DNA of 63,845 nucleotides, the filler included, from Rhizaria sp. SCN 62-66 (lineage: Eukaryota): assembly GCA_001724265.1 (NCBI GenBank). It is 3 parts of 3 records of this genome, joined end to end, with 100 filler letters (N's around TTAATTAATTAA, not from the genome) between each part and the next. Parts side by side here need not be neighbours in the genome. Positions count along the whole stretch, not along the records: positions 51,397 to 63,845 come from MEDY01000533.1; 2 more parts are not named here. One strand, given 5' to 3'. The notes under the pieces are model-generated. The model was not told the DNA's origin, ran no database searches, and was given only the letters and a program-made list of their open reading frames with translations. A program made the translations under genes and the position numbers. This document shows, one piece after another, positions 57,465 to 63,845 of the stretch. The number at the start of each line of letters is the position of its first letter. The stretch's first letter is position 1.

Positions 57465-57935
57465 TGTCGGCGGAGTGAGTGCTTCGGTGACGGGGATAGA
57501 AGGGTATATTAAGTGAATACAGGTGCGTAAAAGATGTGTGTATAGCTAATACAATATAAAATGTGGTGGTCAAATCACAGAGCATTTAACGATGGTTTCA
57601 TTACACACGCTACTTTTCCCGAACGCCATTCGACGGGGACACGCTGCTTCTTCGCGAGCGGCCGCGCGAGAGGTCTGCTTGACTGGATATCGAATGAAAC
57701 CAAGATAGTTCTCCATCACCTAACCGTCTTTGTAAATGTGAACGCCACTTTTGATATTGAAAAAGACAAACATGCTTCTTATTTTAATTAGCTTTTCGCT
57801 GAATGCTGCCAGTTCGTCTTATTCCAGTCTGCAAGTTCTCACAATGCAGAAACGGCTCAACATGTCCTTGTCCTCTATGCATACAGCCCCTCTTTTTTCG
57901 TCCACGACTTCCAACGCACCTGCACATTGACCCCG

Positions 57936-60167
57936 ATGTCCCGCACTCCGGGCATGCAGCGTCGCCGCGCCACCGGTGGTTCCGGTCTCTCCGGCGCCGC
58001 CGCGTCGACCCTCACCCCTTCTTGGGAGCGCCCCACCAGCTACCACGCGCCCCGCGGCACGGCCTCGGCGCTCTACGGCCCCTCTGCCGACGCAACGCCT
58101 TCGGCCAAGTATGTCAACAAGATTCTCTCGGAGATGAGCCTTGACAACCCGTACCTGGCTTCTTTCGCCTCCGATTTGCCGGCCGAGTACCTCAACCCTG
58201 CCCGCAGCCCCGCCTCGTCGTCGTCCTCCTCCACAGCCTCTGTATCGCAGCCTTATGCCACGCACGGCGCCGGGGAGGCGCAACTGCTATTGGGATCCGG
58301 CGCTATGGGCTCGCGGATTGCAGGGACGTCGTCCTTTGCGCGCCCCACCCCGCGACCGCACTCCCACCACTCGTCAAGGTACGACGCCGTCGAACTGCGA
58401 CGAAACAATGTCGATGACTCCATATCGCTGATTATATCTTTAAAAACTTGTGCACGTATGTACACTGTGGTTTCTTATGTTACATTCAAGTTCAGGCGTA
58501 TTTTTTAGTCATCTTATGCACATTTTATCTTGTTGTTATCTTGTTTCCTCCATCGCAGGCACACCCACCCTGCTCCCTCGCCCCCTTCCCCGACCGTCTC
58601 ATCGAGCAGTACGGTGAGCGGCGTCAACGCCGCCGCTGGCGACACCGCCGACGGCGCCGCGCTGCTTTTCTCCTCCGCCGCGCTGCCCGCCCGGCCCACC
58701 CCAGACTCCGGTAGAGGCAACGCGAACAACGCAGCGACGACCAGCAGCAGCAGCGGCAACGCAGGCTTTGCGGGATACTACGCGAGCCCCGCGCCGTGGC
58801 AGTGGTCTGGCCACCCGACGCACGGGCGCGTGTATGCGGACTCGCTGTCGCCCGCGCGCCTCGCGCTCCCGGGACCCGGCGCGTACAACATGGCGCAGCA
58901 CACCTCGTTCATCACCGAGATGCACCGCCGCGCGCGCCAGCTCGCGGGCAACAAGTCCGCCGCGGCCGCCGCTGCAGCAGCAGCTGTTGCCGGGGGAGCC
59001 GCCGCGCCCGCAGCGGCGGCCCCCGCGGCGGGCGCCGTGCCCGCGGCCCCCGCAGCGCCGGCGGCGGGCTCGACCTCCGCGGCCGCAGCCGCGGCCGCGG
59101 CCGCGGGCGCCGGGTTCGGCTCCCACACCGCCAACGAGGCCGCAGCGCGCGCGCACCGGGCGACTAAGTACGGCAAGGACCGCGAGGCGCTGCTGAGCCA
59201 CCTTAAGGCGCGCGTCGCGGCGGGGCTGCTCTCGGAGAAGGACGCCGCGGGCGTATTGATCCGCTTTGAGGCTCGCTTCGCCCCGGGCGACGCGCCGCAC
59301 CCTTGCTCTTCCCTCTTCTCCTACACCTACGCCGACAGCAGCGGCGGCCAGACCGGCGCGGGCGCAAGCAGTGCGGGCGCCGGTGCTGGGGGCAGCGGTG
59401 CCTCGAGCGGCGCCGGCAACCCGGGCCGCGGCGGCAAGAACGGGCGTCCGTCGTCATCCTCTACCCCTGCTGCGGCGGGCGCCTCTGCGACTATGAACGG
59501 GACTGTGAGTGCTGGAACTGCCGGTGCTGCTGCGGGCGGTGCGATTGGCATCGCTGGCGCGAACCCGCTTGCGCAGCCGCCGCCGGCGTTCCTGGCCAAC
59601 GGCTACGCGGCCTACGTCGCAAGCACCATCGCGCCGCCCGCGGCCCACGGTCTCTCCGCCGCCGCCGCGGCCCACGGCCACCCCGGCGGGGGCGCGAGAG
59701 ACGGCGACGCGGCCGCGGCGGGGCTGGCGCACGGTCAGGAGCTGGGGCTGGGCGGGGGCACGTTGGCGTTCAAGTCGCGGCAGCCGCGCGAGCTGAGATG
59801 GGGCTGGCACGGCGCCGGGCCGACGCCGGGGCCAGGGCCGGCGGCGTACGACGTGCCGCGCTACCTGGGGCAGCCCAAGACGTTCCACGCCACAGTCAAC
59901 AGCAGCAATAGCAGCCACAGCAATCACAGCCAGACACATCAGAGCAGCGGTGCCCACGGCGGCGCGAGCACGAGCGCGCAGGCGTTCACTACAACGCACA
60001 GCAACGGCGCGAGCGTTGGCGGGAGCCACAGCGTGAGCAGTGCGACCCACGGCGTGAGCAGCGCGGCGAATACGAGCACGGCGAGCACAGGCTCCAATGT
60101 CGCTCAGTCGCAGTCGCCGCCGCAGCAGCAGAGGCGTGTGCGGACGTCCGTTGACATCATGGACTGA
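57936..60167 (+). CDS. Low-complexity protein with PGP(G/A)AY (SHIPPO/STPG-like) repeats
   Basis: Exons 57936-58378 and 58559-60167. Motifs LPGPGAYN and TPGPGPAAYDVP, the latter preceded by AFKSRQPR. Ends in TGA. Confidence 0.65.
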
Positions 60168-60619
60168 ACTGGCGTGGGCTTAATAATGAGCTGACACACA
60201 CTTTGCTCTTAAGCGTATGCCAAGTGCAGTCTTGCTGTTTACGGGGTGCCTTAACTTATCTAACTGATACCTAGTCAATATTTTCTCATAGTTTACTTAT
60301 CTTCTGCGCTGTGAAATAGCATCATCAATACACACACGTTTGTTTTATCAAATTCCGGAATCTGATAAATTATGGAGCTCTCGTACTAATGTTAACAGAA
60401 ACAGCTGTTATCACTGCACCGCATTGCGACGACGTATCTCTTGCTGTTGTTCAGTTATAGATCTGTTTTGTTTCAACATCGCTATGTATTGCGCATGATC
60501 AAGTTTTCTTAATTGATCACAGCTGCTATATTTGCTAGATAACCAAAGCTCAGTAATAGCTCAGATGAAGATGTCACGCAAGAGCTCCCACAAGCCATTC
60601 AAGTCCTCAAACGCATTGT

Positions 60620-63391
60620 TCACATGCTCGATGTGCGCAGGTACCCATACACGAGCACGTCGCCCTCCTGCCTGCCGGTCAGCGCGGCGGCGAGCTTGAC
60701 TCCGTCCGCGGTGGGCTCAGAGAAGGCAACACGGGTGCGCGCGCGGGCCGCGGCGAGTACACTGGAGTCCGCGGTCGCCGCGCTCGCAGTTGTGTGGGAT
60801 TGAGAGGCCGCAGATGCTGTGATTGCGGGAACACCAGAGATGGGGGCGAGCGTCCGTCTGTGGCAGAAGTGGAAAGCAAAAGATGATGATATGGACACAG
60901 AGGTTGAGAGGCAGACAAAGCAAAGCATTGTAATACCAGGTTGAATGATCCGCATAGCATAAAGAATATCGATGTTCTGACTTCAACGCATATGCTGGTT
61001 TTGATGTTTTGTCGGTGCGACGTACTTGGCGGCGTCGACGAGCAGCGCTGCGATGCCCCTGCGCCGGCGCCCCGAGGCGACCCACACCACATCGACGCCG
61101 ACGCCGCACGTCACGGCGCCGGGCAGGCGCGGCGGGCCGGGCGCCTCCATCGCAGCCGCCTCTGTCGTCGCTGAAGTTGCAGCTGGCACTGTCGCAGGAC
61201 TTGTGTTAGAGCTTGGTGCTGTAACATGTGCAGGTGTGCTGGTGGCGTTTGTGCTCGTGGGGGCGGTCGCCTTAATGATCGAAGTGCTACTGAGACTGTT
61301 AAGCGTTTGCGCAATCGGTAAACTCTGCAAAGCAATCGTGAATGTGCAAGTGCAAGGGTGAGTGTGAGAGTGTACATGTTGTCCGTCAATATATCAATGT
61401 GAAATTGAGGGTTCAGTGAAGATATGAGTGGACACGTACCCTGGCAATGAGTGCTCCTTGTACGCGTTGCTCAGCAACATATAGGAGCAACAAAGGCCAC
61501 GACGGGGGCGAGACGGCGGAGCCCATCGCCGCTGTCTGTACTGCTCCCGCAGCCAACGCTGACGCTGCCGGCGTTGCTGCTGCTGCTGCTGCTCCAGCTG
61601 GCACATCTGGCTGTGGCTGCAGCTTTGATTGTGAGCTCACAAGCGGCTGCGAGCGCGGCAAAGGAGAGATGACAGCGACGGGCCCCAAACCGACCTTGAC
61701 ACTACCCACTCCCACACTGCTGCTGCTCGCGTTGTTTGACACACTCGCGCTGCTGTTGGCATTCGGTGCATTAACAGTCGCAGTCGCAGTGGGAGTCCCA
61801 GGCAGAACACTCGCGGCCACCAGAGTCAGTCGGCGCGGGCACCGGCACTGCTGTTGCTTCTGCTGCTGCTGTTGCTGCTGGTGCTGTGGCTGAAAAACGC
61901 GATTGCGAGCGCATGCACACACTGCATCGCCACGCAGCACATACACGTCGTCAAAGTTAAGCCGCGCGGCAAAGTTCGGCCGCGAGTCAAGCGACGCAAC
62001 CTGGCGCGTTGCCGTGGCCGCGACGGTGAACGTGATCCCACTCAGAGTGACGGTGGGCACAGACGCGGGCGCAGAAACTGGAGAGGTGGTTGAGGTTGAC
62101 AGCGAATAGACTGTATCCGCATTGTTGTTGTTATTGCTACTGCGTCTGTCGTCGTTGCTGTTGTTAGACGCGGGAGGCAAAAACGACAGAGGCCAGTCTT
62201 CGTGTGCACCCAAGACGCGCGCAATGACGCCAAGAATCTCCATAACCTGAGCACGAGCAATCAAACGAGCAACCAAACCGAGATATTATAGCTTTTTCAA
62301 GTGTGTAATTACAATATTGGCACTATTTCAAGTTAAGTAAAAGAGAAAATACGTCTTGGCAAGTTTATCGAGCGTACCTTGGGTTTCTGCGCCGTGGGCA
62401 TCTTTGCGAGCTCGACAAGCACAATCTTCCCCTTCGCATCGGGCGCTTTCACCGAGCTCCCCAGCCCACCAATCAAGCCCATAGCGCCAGCGCCGCCCTT
62501 CAAGGCCGCCTCCAGCGGCACTGTGATCTGCTTCTTCCAGCCCGCAAAGGGCACGCCGCGATCATAGCGGCCGTGCTCGGCGGCGTGACGCGCGGCGTCC
62601 TCCGCGGCCGCTGGGTCCCAAAGAACGCCGCACAGCCCGCACACGCGCGCGCCGGGCCGCGAGAGCGGGTGCTGCGCCGCTGCGCGCGGGCCCGCCACCG
62701 CCGCCGTGAAGGGCGCGAACATCGCCAGCGTCGCCTGCCGCGGAGCCGGGGCTGCGGTGTCGCTGTTGCGGTTTGTGGAGGAGCGGAGCCAGAGGGGGAT
62801 GGACTCGTCCTCGGCTTCTGCAGCAGCCAGAGTGGCAGGGTCGGGGTACCAACGCTCCTCTTCTTCCGCCTCATCCTCTTCTTCGCCGTCCCGCTGCTCC
62901 TGCTCTTGTTCCACGTCTCCGAGAGGCTCATGTTCTTGACAGCCTTGCGAGGCTTTGGCGCGCTCGGTTGCACCGTCGCTGGAGCAGTCTTGCTGCAGCT
63001 CTTGTTCGCTCTGCTTCGCTTCAAGCGCATCAATAGATGCCGTCAAGCTTGTAATCCGGCCTGCAGAGCTTACAGGAGCCGTCTTGCGCTCATTAGCGCT
63101 GTCGCTGTACTTCGCGCTGCCAGTGTTGCTATGAATATCACTGCAGCTGCTGCCACCAGCCACGACTTGAACGAAGCCGGAGGCAGACGGGCCCACAGTG
63201 GTGGAAAGCTGAACCATGCTAGAACTAGAGTCCGCACATGTCGCAGCGGCAGAGCAAGTTGGCGGGGGGTCGAGAGCGGGGCAGGGACGCTGGGGGTCGG
63301 GAGGGTGGTTTGGAGTCGAGTCTGAGTCGGTGGCGAGGGCACGCTTCTTCTGAGATGGTATCTTAGTGAAACCAGAGAAAACGCCTCGCAT
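60620..63391 (-). CDS. ECO1: Cohesin acetyltransferase Eco1/ESCO
   Basis: Exons 63391-62378, 62246-61440, 61324-61026 and 60857-60620. It has a PIP-like RQATLAMF, a C2H2 finger CGLCGVLWDPAAAEDAARHAAEH, and acetyltransferase motifs GVDVVWVASGRRRRGIAALLVD and VAFSEPTADG. Ends in TGA. Confidence 0.9.
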
Positions 63392-63746
63392 CGCACAAAA
63401 TTCACTGAAGAAATTTGCGTGCACTCGTTATAAAAGTCAATGACGGAAGTTACACAGTTATTTTGATCAGTGAAAAGTATGCTCACTTCGGCCTGGCAAA
63501 GTAACCGGTTCGCGAAAAAGCGCAAATCATTTTCGGTTGGTCGTCAGACGAAAATGCGCAACCAACTTTGTCATGGCTTGCATGCGCTGTATCAAAGGCT
63601 TTAAGCACTGCCTTATCAAAACACAAATTGCCTATTGAGGATTCTTAACAAATTGCTTTTTCTGGCTTGCGCTCACTTCGTTTATCGCACTGTTTGCATC
63701 TTTCTACGCAACCTCGTTCTCCAATCTTCAGTTTGCAAGCTTAACC

Positions 63747-63845
63747 ATGTCTGGCAAGGGTCAGTATGCTCTCACTCACAAGGGTGACATGAAGGGTCAC
63801 GGCGGCTGGGTCACCTCCATCGCCACCGGCACCGACGTCGTCATC
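63747..63845 (+). CDS. RACK1: RACK1 (WD40 ribosomal scaffold protein), N-terminus only
   Basis: MSGKGQYALTHKGDMKGHGGWVTSIAT matches the RACK1 first-blade motif 'G.(L/M).GH.GWVTSIAT'. Codon use is highly biased. Confidence 0.8.
   Translation, partial: MSGKGQYALTHKGDMKGHGGWVTSIATGTDVVI

Overview
Eukaryotic (protist-like) nuclear DNA with GC-rich, Ala/Gln-rich exons and short AT-rich GT-AG introns. It comprises three contigs (1-31061, 31162-51296, 51397-63845) joined by artificial N44-TTAATTAATTAA-N44 linkers. About 20 protein genes can be modelled: RPL7 (partial), APIP/MtnB, PEX12, RRP46, a YbaK-domain protein, DDI1, a two-pore channel, a giant kelch/EGF/REJ-like surface protein (partial), SGF11/ATXN7L3, ZNHIT6/BCD1, an ankyrin/coiled-coil protein, RPS3A (partial), a CTL/PNS1 transporter, a PGP-repeat protein, ECO1/ESCO, RACK1 (partial) and several orphans. 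There is also a cluster of inverted-repeat transposon relics at 18.5-20.1 kb. The main discovery is an apparent non-standard nuclear genetic code. Five in-frame TAG codons interrupt three otherwise intact genes, two of them in Gln-rich tracts, while all 16 complete genes end in TAA or TGA and none in TAG. This points to UAG = Gln with UAA and UGA retained as stops. The 5' splice sites are also atypical, with GTACG in 18 of 23 modelled introns.
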